Shown here: piece after piece, positions 37,419 to 46,466 of the stretch | How positions within the stretch are numbered: position 1 is the stretch's first letter | Layout: each line of letters opens with the position of its first letter | Made by a program: the position numbers and the translations under genes | The notes under the pieces: generated by a model | What the model saw: only the letters and a program-made list of their open reading frames with translations | Told to the model about the DNA's origin: nothing | Database searches by the model: none | NCBI GenBank assembly: GCA_965207075.1 | Contig: CBDBLO010000002.1 | Span: 1,664,001-1,728,000 of the forward strand | Direction: 5' to 3' | Source: Nitrosopumilus sp. | Lineage (GTDB): Archaea; Thermoproteota; Nitrososphaeria; Nitrososphaerales; Nitrosopumilaceae | Length of the DNA: 64,000 bases

Positions 37419-38590
37419 TGCGCGACACCCGCCGTGTTTCCGACCCCGATGACCAGCACTGTCTGGCCCTCATTGGCGTTCTCGAGTATCATCTCGCGCA
37501 CCTGGACTGCAATCTCGTCGGCCCTCTGTGCTATCTCCTCTGTCATTATGGTAACGGCCTCCTCTACGGATTCTTTTACCACTATCGAAAAGATCGGTAT
37601 TCCGGCCCCCAGCGCGTACTCCTCGATCTCGTACCTCTCCGTGCCGATCCCCCCTATCGCGGCGCCAAACCCGTGCGATACGCTTGCCGAATCCTCGCCC
37701 TCCATCTTGAGGGCCGCGTCTATCATTATGATGGCATGTATCTCCTGCCCCGACTCCGCGATGTAGGATATGGCGTCTGCGGGCCTTCCGACCACGGGGG
37801 CGGGTCCGCGCGCCTTTAGCAGCAACAGGCTGCGCCCCTCGTACGAGTCCCTTGCAAGCACCGTGTGCAGGGCGGCCTCCTCCTTTTTGAGCCCACGCAT
37901 CATCCTCCCGACTATCATGGGCCCGATTCCGTCGCCTACGGGATGCCCCTCCCTGAACGCCCCGGTGGCGTTCCTAAGGGCCTCGGCCTGCTCCATTACG
38001 AAGGGCAGCGCCATCTGCAGCGGCAGGATGAGCGGATAGTTATTCTGCCTTTTTGCGGTGAGGAACATGTGGTTGACTGTCTTGTGTATCATGTGCAGCG
38101 AGGACGCAATCTCAAGCAGGACCTGCACCCTTGCCGCCTGCAGCTCGTCTGCCACGCCCGGGGCAAGGGCCCTGACCTGCCTCCTCGTCACGTCCTCCCT
38201 TGTGCGCATCACGTGCTTTACCTTTGGCACTATTCCCGACGGATCCATGTCCACCGGCATTATCGTGATATAGTCTATGAACCTGGATACCTTGCCTGCA
38301 AGCTCGTCGGGTTTGGCCTGGTCAGGCGGCCGGCGCTGCTGCTGCTGCTGCTGCTGCTGACTGCCCGTGACATCCCTGAGGTGCCCAAGCAGCTCGTCCC
38401 TTGACTCTGACCTGTACGCGTCAAGTTTCTTTATCGCCTTTTTGATCTCGCCTGACGTCACATAGAGCTGTATTCTCTGGCCATAAAACACGAAGAGTAT
38501 TACGGGCAGTATCCACACGAGCATCATCAGCGGGTTTGACTCCTCTCCCATCCCGAGCAGCTGGTCCAGTTCAAATCCCGTAAAATTCAC
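37415..38590 (-). CDS. DUF1512 family protein
   Basis: N-terminal TM, PVDMDPSGI, GDGIGP, IDAALKMEGE, GVGNT. Confidence 0.88.
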   Translation of the reverse strand: MNFTGFELDQLLGMGEESNPLMMLVWILPVILFVFYGQRIQLYVTSGEIKKAIKKLDAYRSESRDELLGHLRDVTGSQQQQQQQQRRPPDQAKPDELAGKVSRFIDYITIMPVDMDPSGIVPKVKHVMRTREDVTRRQVRALAPGVADELQAARVQVLLEIASSLHMIHKTVNHMFLTAKRQNNYPLILPLQMALPFVMEQAEALRNATGAFREGHPVGDGIGPMIVGRMMRGLKKEEAALHTVLARDSYEGRSLLLLKARGPAPVVGRPADAISYIAESGQEIHAIIMIDAALKMEGEDSASVSHGFGAAIGGIGTERYEIEEYALGAGIPIFSIVVKESVEEAVTIMTEEIAQRADEIAVQVREMILENANEGQTVLVIGVGNTAGVAQ

Positions 38591-38758
38591 TGGAGTGCGC
38601 AGGGGCCGTTTTCAACATAAATGATTCGAAAGGGAGGACCTGCGCCGCTATGACATGGCGGCCGTCCCCTTCTTCTGCCCTCCTCCCCCTGCCGCCACCG
38701 AGATTATTGCATCCGGGGTCGGCGAGTCCTTTTATTATGCGGTTTGTGCACACATGGC

Positions 38759-39319
38759 ATGCCGCAGACCAAGCCCGTAATCCGCGTGGAGAACGTGGTC
38801 GCATCCGCCTCCGTAGACCAGCCGATGGACCTCAACGAGATTACGCGTACCTTTCCGGACGTCGAGTACCATCCCGACCAGTTTCCAGGGCTGGTGTTCC
38901 GGCTCCGGACCCCGAAGACTGCCACTCTGATATTCACTTCCGGCAAGATGGTATGCACCGGCTCCAAGTCCGAGAAGCTGGCAAGAAAGGCCGTCAAGAC
39001 CGTGGTGCAGAGGCTGCGCAAGGGGGGAATAAGCGTCAAAAACGAGGCCACAGTGGAGATTCAGAACATCGTGGCCTCGATAAACCTGGGCGGGCGGATC
39101 CACCTGGAGCAGGCCGCGCGCTCGCTGCCCCGCAGCATGTACGAGCCAGAGCAGTTCCCGGGGCTGATCCACCGCACGCTAGACCCGAAGACCGTCATAC
39201 TGCTGTTCTCCTCCGGCAAGCTGGTCTGCACGGGCGCAAAAAAGGAGGCCGACGTCGACCGCTCGGTCAACAACCTCCACTCCATGCTGGAGGAGTATGA
39301 TCTGATGGCGTACGAGTAG
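38759..39319 (+). CDS. tbp: TATA-box-binding protein
   Basis: Two repeats ENVVAS/QNIVAS, Y.P.QFPGL, LIF.SGK.VCTG. Confidence 0.97.
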   Translation: MPQTKPVIRVENVVASASVDQPMDLNEITRTFPDVEYHPDQFPGLVFRLRTPKTATLIFTSGKMVCTGSKSEKLARKAVKTVVQRLRKGGISVKNEATVEIQNIVASINLGGRIHLEQAARSLPRSMYEPEQFPGLIHRTLDPKTVILLFSSGKLVCTGAKKEADVDRSVNNLHSMLEEYDLMAYE

Positions 39320-39351
39320 GATGCGCGTTGCGGGTGCGGATCCTACCGCCG

Positions 39352-39681
39352 CTACTTGACCGGCGCCCCGATAGGAGCCTCGCCGGACGGCGTCAGCCAG
39401 ACCGGCCTGTCATCCACGTCTGCGGCAAGAAGCATGGCGTCCGACTCGATGCCCGCCACCCTCTTTGGCTCCAAGTTGGCTATTACGATAACGGTCTTCC
39501 CGATCATGTCCTCCGGGGTATGGTACTGGGCGCCTCCGATTATCACGCTGCGCTCGTCGCCGCCGCCCAGATCGACGCGCCCCTCCATTATGCGCGTCTT
39601 TCCCTCTATGGGCTTGGCGTCAGTCACTTTTGCCACCCGTATGTCCAACTTTGCAAAATCCTCATAACTTGCAAGCTCCAT
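39352..39681 (-). CDS. tRNA-binding OB-fold protein (Trbp111/CsaA-like)
   Basis: DFAKLDIRV, NLEP...GIES..MLLA. Confidence 0.9.
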   Translation of the reverse strand: MELASYEDFAKLDIRVAKVTDAKPIEGKTRIMEGRVDLGGGDERSVIIGGAQYHTPEDMIGKTVIVIANLEPKRVAGIESDAMLLAADVDDRPVWLTPSGEAPIGAPVK

Positions 39682-39800
39682 GTGTTGCGGCACACGGGTG
39701 CCTTAAAATGAATTTCGCTTGCGCGCTTGCATAGGACGGTGGTGGAGGGGGCAGCAACAGCAGCAGCAGGACCCGCACTGCCGGCATCTGCACGCGGCAC

Positions 39801-40028
39801 TCAGTCCAGTATTCCGCGCACATCCACGTCCGGCGAGGTCTCTATGTCGTATCTGGCGTCAACCGGGAGGTCCAGATACGCGGAGCTCGACATCTCTGCA
39901 ACCTTGTCCTCCGGCACGCCGACCATGCGTAGCAGCGCTGCCCTCTGATGCGCGTACGCGTTCTTCCAGAACGAGGGGCCGTCAAACGTGCGTATCTTTT
40001 TTCTGCCGCTTCTGCCCCTTGGCGCCAC
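39801..40028 (-). CDS. Small hypothetical protein
   Basis: 75-aa ORF filling the gap, CTTAAAAT about 25 nt upstream. Confidence 0.65.
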   Translation of the reverse strand: MAPRGRSGRKKIRTFDGPSFWKNAYAHQRAALLRMVGVPEDKVAEMSSSAYLDLPVDARYDIETSPDVDVRGILD

Positions 40029-40063
40029 GTTGGGTGCCGCCGCGAGGGGTCATTTTAAGTGAT

Positions 40064-40142
40064 GGCTGTGACGGAAGAATGGCACACGCCGTTAGAACCG
40101 GAGTTACTGTTCTGGATTTTAGGCGTGGTGCCCATCACAGCC
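40064..40142. ncRNA. Candidate structured RNA (79-nt interrupted hairpin)
   Basis: Nested stems GGCTGTGA/TCACAGCC, GGCAC/GTGCC, ACGCC/GGCGT, TAGAAC/GTTCTG. Confidence 0.4.
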
Positions 40143-40194
40143 TGCATGTGTAGTGGCGGAATCTAATATATTTAATGCGGTTTACCGTACCACC

Positions 40195-40629
40195 ATGGCA
40201 GAGATCGTAGTGGACGTCGAGATACGGGCGCCGCCCGGCACTGTCTGGAAGATCATATCCGACGTCGACAACGAGCCCACGTACTGGAAGGGCACAAAGT
40301 CCGTCCGCAATATCTCAAGGCAGGAAAACACAATTCGCCGCGAGATTACGATTGCGTTCCGGGACCAAAAGTGCATGCAGGACGTGATCCTGTACCCGGA
40401 AGAAAAGATCGAGGCGGTCTTCACTGACGGGATCATAAAGGGCACAAAGACAGTCAGCATGGAGCGGCGCGGCGGCGACGGCGACAGCTCTGTGCTTCTC
40501 CGCACCGTATGGGACGTCAAGATGACCGGCATGATGGGCATGTTTACGGGCATGCTAAAGGGGCACATCAGGAACGGCACCGAGATGGCCATGCAGTCCA
40601 TCAAGGAGGCCGCGGAAAAGTCGGTGTGA
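40195..40629 (+). CDS. SRPBCC/START (polyketide cyclase-like) protein
   Basis: I.AP...VW..ISD....P.YW and C-terminal helix. Confidence 0.88.
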   Translation: MAEIVVDVEIRAPPGTVWKIISDVDNEPTYWKGTKSVRNISRQENTIRREITIAFRDQKCMQDVILYPEEKIEAVFTDGIIKGTKTVSMERRGGDGDSSVLLRTVWDVKMTGMMGMFTGMLKGHIRNGTEMAMQSIKEAAEKSV

Positions 40630-41963
40630 TGCGCGCAATGTCTGAGACCCTTGCGGCAGACGTGGCGCTCTGCGCCGTTGCGGCCATCATGACATGCGTG
40701 GCAGGCGCCTGGGTGTACTTGATACGCTCGATGTCGGCCACGTTCAGGCTGGTCCCGTACCTTGATGACGATTATGATGAGAGTGACGGTGGGTATGATG
40801 GTGGTAGTGGTAGTGGTAATAGTGGCGGCAAAGACGGTGCCAAACCCGCCGCCGCTTCCGGCCCCGCAGACTGCCCGATGGTGTCTGTCATACTCCCGGC
40901 CCGCAACGAGGAGGGTTACATAGAGCGCTGCCTCGAGTCGCTCGCCGTCCAGGACTATCCAAACTACGAGGTCGTCGCAATCGACGACTCGTCTGGTGAC
41001 GATACCATGAACATAATCAAACGGTGCGCCCGCCGCCACCCCGGCATGATCGTGCCCGTCTCTGCCAGGCCAAAGCCTGACGGCTGGATGGGAAAGAACT
41101 GGGCCTGCATGGAGGGGTACCGCAGGGCCAAGGGCGGCCTGCTGCTGTTCACGGACGCCGACACGCGCCACACAAAGGGGATGATCGGCCTCGCCGTGCG
41201 CCGCCTGCTCGGGGGCCGGCTTGACGCGCTGACGGTGATGCCGCGGATGCTTGCACCCGAGTTCTGGACCAGGGCCACGCTGCCCATGATATCGGTCTTT
41301 CTCCACACGCGGTTCTCCGCACTCAACGTCAACAGTCCGGACAGCAAGACCGGCTACTTTTTTGGAAGCTTTTTCATCATAAGGCGCGAAACGTACCTGT
41401 CAGTCGGCGCGCACGAGGGCGTCAGGGGCGAGATGATAGAGGACGGCGCGCTGGGCCGCCGCACAAAAGAGGCGGGGCACCGCATGCTGATGCTCCGGGG
41501 CGAGCACCTGATCGAGGCCGTCTGGGCCCGGGACGGGCACACGCTGTGGAACGCGCTAAAGAGGCTGATGATTCCATTGCGCACGCAGTACGGGCTGCGC
41601 ACCGCGACCGGCATTGCGGCCGCGGTCACGTTCCTGCTGTTTGCGCCGTTTCTGGCGCTCCCAAGTACCGCCATTCCCGCTGCCGCCGCCGCATCGGGCG
41701 GGCTGTGGGCGGGCCTCGTCCCCGCAGTCCTGGCCGCGTCCGCCAGCGCGGTGGCATCAGCCCTGGTCTGGACGGGGGCCGTCCTAGAGTCAAGGACGGG
41801 CCTAGGGATAGGCGTGCCGTACGGGCTGCTTGCACCGGTAGGCGGCTTCGTAGTCGCGGCTGGATTTCTCGCGGGCCTCGTGCGCCCCAACCCGTCGCTT
41901 TCATGGCGGGGCCGCACGTACACGTCACGCGACCAATCAGCCGACCCGTTTGCGGCAGTGTAG
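40629..41963 (+). CDS. Membrane glycosyltransferase family 2
   Basis: VSVILPARNEE, IDD.S.D.T, GWMGK, FTDAD, EDGALG, W.GR.Y; TGATG overlap. Confidence 0.9.
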   Translation: MRAMSETLAADVALCAVAAIMTCVAGAWVYLIRSMSATFRLVPYLDDDYDESDGGYDGGSGSGNSGGKDGAKPAAASGPADCPMVSVILPARNEEGYIERCLESLAVQDYPNYEVVAIDDSSGDDTMNIIKRCARRHPGMIVPVSARPKPDGWMGKNWACMEGYRRAKGGLLLFTDADTRHTKGMIGLAVRRLLGGRLDALTVMPRMLAPEFWTRATLPMISVFLHTRFSALNVNSPDSKTGYFFGSFFIIRRETYLSVGAHEGVRGEMIEDGALGRRTKEAGHRMLMLRGEHLIEAVWARDGHTLWNALKRLMIPLRTQYGLRTATGIAAAVTFLLFAPFLALPSTAIPAAAAASGGLWAGLVPAVLAASASAVASALVWTGAVLESRTGLGIGVPYGLLAPVGGFVVAAGFLAGLVRPNPSLSWRGRTYTSRDQSADPFAAV

Positions 41964-42172
41964 CAGCCGGCGCGGCCGCGCGGTACCAGTGCCCTAATGA
42001 CTCTCCGAGCGCATCGGCATCCCAGTCGGGATCCCTTGCCCTGCGGATCCCCGTAGGGACAAGCTTGCTGCGGGCAGGCGCTGCGTTTTTGTGGGGGGGC
42101 GCTGCCGGCGTCGCGGGGCCGTGCGGCACAGCCCAAAAAAGCATCAAATATGAAGGCGTCCCATGCCGTGCG

Positions 42173-42727
42173 ATGAGAGTAGATGTCCTGATGAGGTATC
42201 AGGACGATCCCAGAAAGTGCACCGCGGCGCGCCTACTCAAGGCAGGCATTGCACGCAAGATCAAGGGGGTTCCGCGCGGCCGCAGGGCCATAATACTGAA
42301 TCCCTACAGCAACACCATACTGATGCCGTCTGACGGGCGTACGGCAGGGGCAGTAGTCGGGGTGGACTGCTCCTGGAGGCTTGCAGGAGGGGAGTTTGGC
42401 GCGCCCCGCGATGCGGGAGGGGGGCGCAAAAGAGGAGGAGCCGGCGGCGCGGCGCGCCGGTACGACGCGGGATCCTCGAGGCGCCTACCGCCGCTCCTCG
42501 CAGGAAACCCAGTAAACTACGCGAAGGTGGGCATGCTGACGACGGCAGAGGCCATAGCGGCCTCGCTGTTCATCATGGGATATGACGACATGGCCCACGA
42601 CGTGCTTGGCAGGTTCAGATGGGGCCACACGTTTTACGACCTGAACCGCAACATTCTGGCAGAGTATGCCGCAATGACCGGGCAGGACGACGCGTCGGAG
42701 ATAGCAGCAGGGTACGGGCTGGCATGA
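42173..42727 (+). CDS. tsr3: 16S rRNA aminocarboxypropyltransferase Tsr3 (DUF367)
   Basis: DDPRKCTA, DCSW, RRLPPLLAGNPVNY, F.WG..F..LN. Confidence 0.93.
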   Translation: MRVDVLMRYQDDPRKCTAARLLKAGIARKIKGVPRGRRAIILNPYSNTILMPSDGRTAGAVVGVDCSWRLAGGEFGAPRDAGGGRKRGGAGGAARRYDAGSSRRLPPLLAGNPVNYAKVGMLTTAEAIAASLFIMGYDDMAHDVLGRFRWGHTFYDLNRNILAEYAAMTGQDDASEIAAGYGLA

Positions 42728-42810
42728 GCTGGAGCGCCGCCGCGCGAACGCCCTCGGGGGCCGCGAGCATCGGCGCCGGCAGCCACCAGATGCGCGAGCA
42801 TGCGCGGGCG

Positions 42811-45639
42811 TCATTCTCCGGAGGCGGCAGTCATCATGTCTGAGGCCTGCGTCTTTCTTTTGCGCACCCAGTACGCCACGGCCCCGAGCACTGCAAGCGC
42901 CAGGCCGGCTGCAACTGCATACGGCACGGAGGACTCGTCGGCGGTTGCATCCGGCGGCGGCGCAGGTGTCACTAACGCCGGGGCTCCTCCGCCGCCCTGC
43001 GGTCCGGCCTCCGGGGCGTCCGGGGAACCGATACCGGCGGCGGTGTCGATGTCACCGCCGCCTCCCGCACCGGGATCCGCGCCGCCTGACGAGACTGCCA
43101 GAAACCCGGCCTCGTAGATGTCGGGCCTCAGGACAGTCTCCGACAGGGCGAATATGCGCACCGTGTTTGCCCCCTCGCTTAGGAGTTGCGTGTCGCCAGG
43201 CCCAATCACAACGGAGGTCATGTCGGCTGTATCTGTGTCGGCGGCAGCGGCGGCAGTGACAGGCAGCGTCCCGGACGACACGACCTCGCCGCGCCCGCTT
43301 GTCACGAAATACAGGACGGAGTCCGCGCCCCTGGTGGACACATCCACGCGCATCTCGCCCCCGGCCACGACGGGCCTTGCGCGTATATCCACCCCCGCGA
43401 TCTCCGGGAACGCCGCGCGCTCAAACCCCGACCAGCTGCCGCGCTCAAACGGGTACGTCTCGTCACCAAAGGATATCAGCCTGATGCTGCGGGACTCCGG
43501 CGAATACAAGTCAAGGTAGAACGGCCCGTTGCCCACCATGGCGTGCCCCATATCGTCGATCCACGATATGGCAGAATCGTACCGCGACTGGAAATAGTGC
43601 TGGCCGTCGCCGTCGCCACCGCCGCTAGGGTCCCCGACCAGCCCCGCAAGCGGCCGTGCGTGCGCGAGCGCGGCCGGCACGTGCCTGGCGTCCCTCATCG
43701 ACTCCAGCTCGTCGCGTATCATGGCAGAGTCGTTGGGTACGATTACGGAGAGCCATCCGATGCCCTTGCTTGCGGCCCCGGACCGCGAAAACGAGGCCTT
43801 GCCGTCGGTCACCACGCCCTCCATTGCGGCAATCATCTCCCAGGGCATGCTGACCCCCGGCGACGCCCACTGCGCGATCTGCCCCTCATCAAAGTGCCAG
43901 TAATCCACGTATACCTCGACGGTGTCAGGGCCGGCGGGCCTGATCCCCTTTATGGTCTGCACGCTGGGGGCCGCGACTGACGTAAACTCCGTGTCAAACG
44001 TGGCGTCGTCGGGGCCCGTGTGCGTCCCCCACTCCTTTGCAAAGTACAGCGAGTGGACGATGTCAAGCATGTCCATCGCGGCGCCGCTGTGCCAGTTGCC
44101 CAGCGCGTAACGGAACGTCACCACGCTGGTTGCGTTGGCCCCGGGGCCCACCTCCCGCCACTGCTGCTGCACGGGATCCCAGAGGATGGCGTCACTGGCC
44201 ACGCCGAGGGCGCCCGTGGGGCCCGCGGTAGTGACGTTCCACTCCGCGCGGAGCGGGATCACGCTGCCCGTGTACGGGTGCAGAAAGACTGCCGGATCCG
44301 ACAGGAGCGTCCCGATCTGGCTGCTGTACGCGTCCCTGAACCCCATCACGGGGTTCCACGATCCTTGGTAGATCTGCTTGACGCCTATGCGGAGCTCGCC
44401 CTCGGCGCCGCTGCTGCTGCTGCCGCCGCTACCGTCATGCGACCCGGGCGCAGGCGAGTCCACCCTGGCGTTTATCGGGGTGAACCGGCTTGGGAGCCCG
44501 GCGCCAAAGTCGTTTACCACCCCGCTGACGGACTCGTGCGTCACGTACAGGACGTTCTTGCCCGCGATGAATATCCGGACGGACTCGGAGACCCCTTCGG
44601 CGACGGCGTATCGGATGAGCTCTGCGCGCTCCTCCTCCCCCTCAAAGTCCCCCGTGTAGATGCGCTGGGTCGCGTTGTCAAGCATCCCGTTCTCGTAGTT
44701 CCAGTACGAGGGATCGTTGAACCCGGGCATGTTTGAGAACCACGGCGAGTACATCTGGCTGAGTCCCGTCGAGTCATACCTTACGAACGCGGACTTTGCC
44801 CACCCCTCCGTGTACAGGCTCCACTTCAGGTCCGCCGGATTCGAGCCGTACACCACCACGAAGGCCTTGTTGAGGTCGCCGAACTCCTTCTGTACGGCGA
44901 ATCCCATCCGCTCAAGCTCGGACGCGAGTATCTCCCCTATCGACTTTCGCACGGGATCGTCGCTCCGTATGAAGAACGAGACGGAGACGGGCTCGGAGCC
45001 TGCCATCCACGCGCCGCTGCCCGCGTCCCTGGTCGCGCCCATCGCATGCATCCGGTCAGATATCATCCGCTCGGCAAGCGCCGGATTGTACCCAAACTCA
45101 AAGGCCGCAAGCCGTCCGATGACCGTGAGGTACTCGGGATCGTAGGGCCCGTAGTGGGATATTATCGGCACGCCGTAACCGCCCATCAGCTCGTTTACGA
45201 CTAGGCGCCGGTCTATCAGGTAGTTTAGCGCAAAGCGGACGTCCCTGTCCTGGAACGGGTTGAACGCGGACTCGGAGACCGCGGGATTCACAAGTATGCT
45301 GTAAGAGCCGCCCGTCGACTCGTGCACGTTTAGGCCCTGCCGCGACTGGTGTGACTCGAGCTGGTCAGACGAGACGTGGTAGTAGTACATGTCAAGGCCG
45401 CCGCCCCGCACCTCCTCGAGCGCGGTGTTCTCATCAAGGTACTGCACGAACCTCACGGAGTCCACGTACGTGGCGCCGCCGTCGGCGCGGGCCTCGCAGA
45501 GGCCGTCGCACGGCGGGGCCTGAACCGCCAGCGCTAACAGCAGCGCGGCCGCGCACGAGATAAAGAGCCCAGAGCGGAGGGTGCCGCCAGCCAAGCCGTC
45601 ATTGCCGCGCACCGCGCCATTCATGCGCGTCGATTCCAC
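42811..45639 (-). CDS. ABC transporter substrate-binding protein (family 5, peptide/nickel-like) with C-terminal TM anchor
   Basis: Signal peptide, NPF.D..VR.ALNYLIDR, GNGPFYL, C-terminal TM plus basic tail; no permease adjacent. Confidence 0.87.
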   Translation of the reverse strand: MESTRMNGAVRGNDGLAGGTLRSGLFISCAAALLLALAVQAPPCDGLCEARADGGATYVDSVRFVQYLDENTALEEVRGGGLDMYYYHVSSDQLESHQSRQGLNVHESTGGSYSILVNPAVSESAFNPFQDRDVRFALNYLIDRRLVVNELMGGYGVPIISHYGPYDPEYLTVIGRLAAFEFGYNPALAERMISDRMHAMGATRDAGSGAWMAGSEPVSVSFFIRSDDPVRKSIGEILASELERMGFAVQKEFGDLNKAFVVVYGSNPADLKWSLYTEGWAKSAFVRYDSTGLSQMYSPWFSNMPGFNDPSYWNYENGMLDNATQRIYTGDFEGEEERAELIRYAVAEGVSESVRIFIAGKNVLYVTHESVSGVVNDFGAGLPSRFTPINARVDSPAPGSHDGSGGSSSSGAEGELRIGVKQIYQGSWNPVMGFRDAYSSQIGTLLSDPAVFLHPYTGSVIPLRAEWNVTTAGPTGALGVASDAILWDPVQQQWREVGPGANATSVVTFRYALGNWHSGAAMDMLDIVHSLYFAKEWGTHTGPDDATFDTEFTSVAAPSVQTIKGIRPAGPDTVEVYVDYWHFDEGQIAQWASPGVSMPWEMIAAMEGVVTDGKASFSRSGAASKGIGWLSVIVPNDSAMIRDELESMRDARHVPAALAHARPLAGLVGDPSGGGDGDGQHYFQSRYDSAISWIDDMGHAMVGNGPFYLDLYSPESRSIRLISFGDETYPFERGSWSGFERAAFPEIAGVDIRARPVVAGGEMRVDVSTRGADSVLYFVTSGRGEVVSSGTLPVTAAAAADTDTADMTSVVIGPGDTQLLSEGANTVRIFALSETVLRPDIYEAGFLAVSSGGADPGAGGGGDIDTAAGIGSPDAPEAGPQGGGGAPALVTPAPPPDATADESSVPYAVAAGLALAVLGAVAYWVRKRKTQASDMMTAASGE

Positions 45640-45797
45640 CCTGTTGTAATAAAACTATTGAGTACGATCCCGCCCTGGCAGCTTCCCTTTTTTCCACTGC
45701 CGCGCCACGCGGCAGTGCAGGCCGGCCGCCGTAGCGCCGCGGGCATGCCGCGCAGGCGCCGATCAACCGTTATATCTCAAGGGCGCGCCCGACTGCC

Positions 45798-46466
45798 ATG
45801 GCCGGCATGATGACCGCACGCAGACTGCGCGGGATGATACAGGGGGGCGTGTCCCCCAAGGATTACAGCGCCGTGACCGGCGTCGGCATGCAAGATGCGC
45901 GGAGGATACTGGACCGGCTCGAGCAGTCCGGGATCGGCCGCTCCGTAGGCGGCGCGTATCACTTTGAGCAGGGGGATCGCCTGCGGGCCGCGATAATGAT
46001 GCTGGAGGAGGGTGCCGCGCGGCTAGACGAGATAGCCGAAGAGATGGACTGGAGGGACTTTGAGGGCCTGGCCGGCGAGATACTGGCCTCGAGAAACTTT
46101 GCGGTGATGAAGAACCTGAGGTTCAAAAAGCCCGCGGTCGAGATAGACGTGGTGGGCATACGCATGGGGGTCGCGATGCTTGTAGACTGCAAGCACTGGA
46201 AGCGCACAACCCCGTCGGCCGTCTCCGACGCGGTCTCAAAGCAGATCGAGCGCACGCGCAGGTACGTGGCCGAGACGCCGGGCGCAGTGGCGGCCCCGGT
46301 CATAGTGACGCTGTACCGGCACGAGACAGAGTTCGTAGGCAACGTGCCCATAGTGCCCATAGCCGGATTCTCGTCGTTTGTAGACGAGTTCCACGGGCAT
46401 CTGGACAGGATGAGGACGATAACGGACAGCAACGGGGCCCCTCCAGCAGGGACTGCGCGCGCCTAG
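45798..46466 (+). CDS. PD-(D/E)xK nuclease, Mrr-catalytic/NERD-like, with N-terminal winged-helix-like region
   Basis: WRDFE, EIDVV, VDCKHW. Confidence 0.8.
   Translation: MAGMMTARRLRGMIQGGVSPKDYSAVTGVGMQDARRILDRLEQSGIGRSVGGAYHFEQGDRLRAAIMMLEEGAARLDEIAEEMDWRDFEGLAGEILASRNFAVMKNLRFKKPAVEIDVVGIRMGVAMLVDCKHWKRTTPSAVSDAVSKQIERTRRYVAETPGAVAAPVIVTLYRHETEFVGNVPIVPIAGFSSFVDEFHGHLDRMRTITDSNGAPPAGTARA

Noticed and set aside
45696-45718. Perfect 10-bp GC hairpin as a member of a REP-like family with 6133-6155
   Set aside because: Only two dissimilar examples; plausible by chance at this GC content
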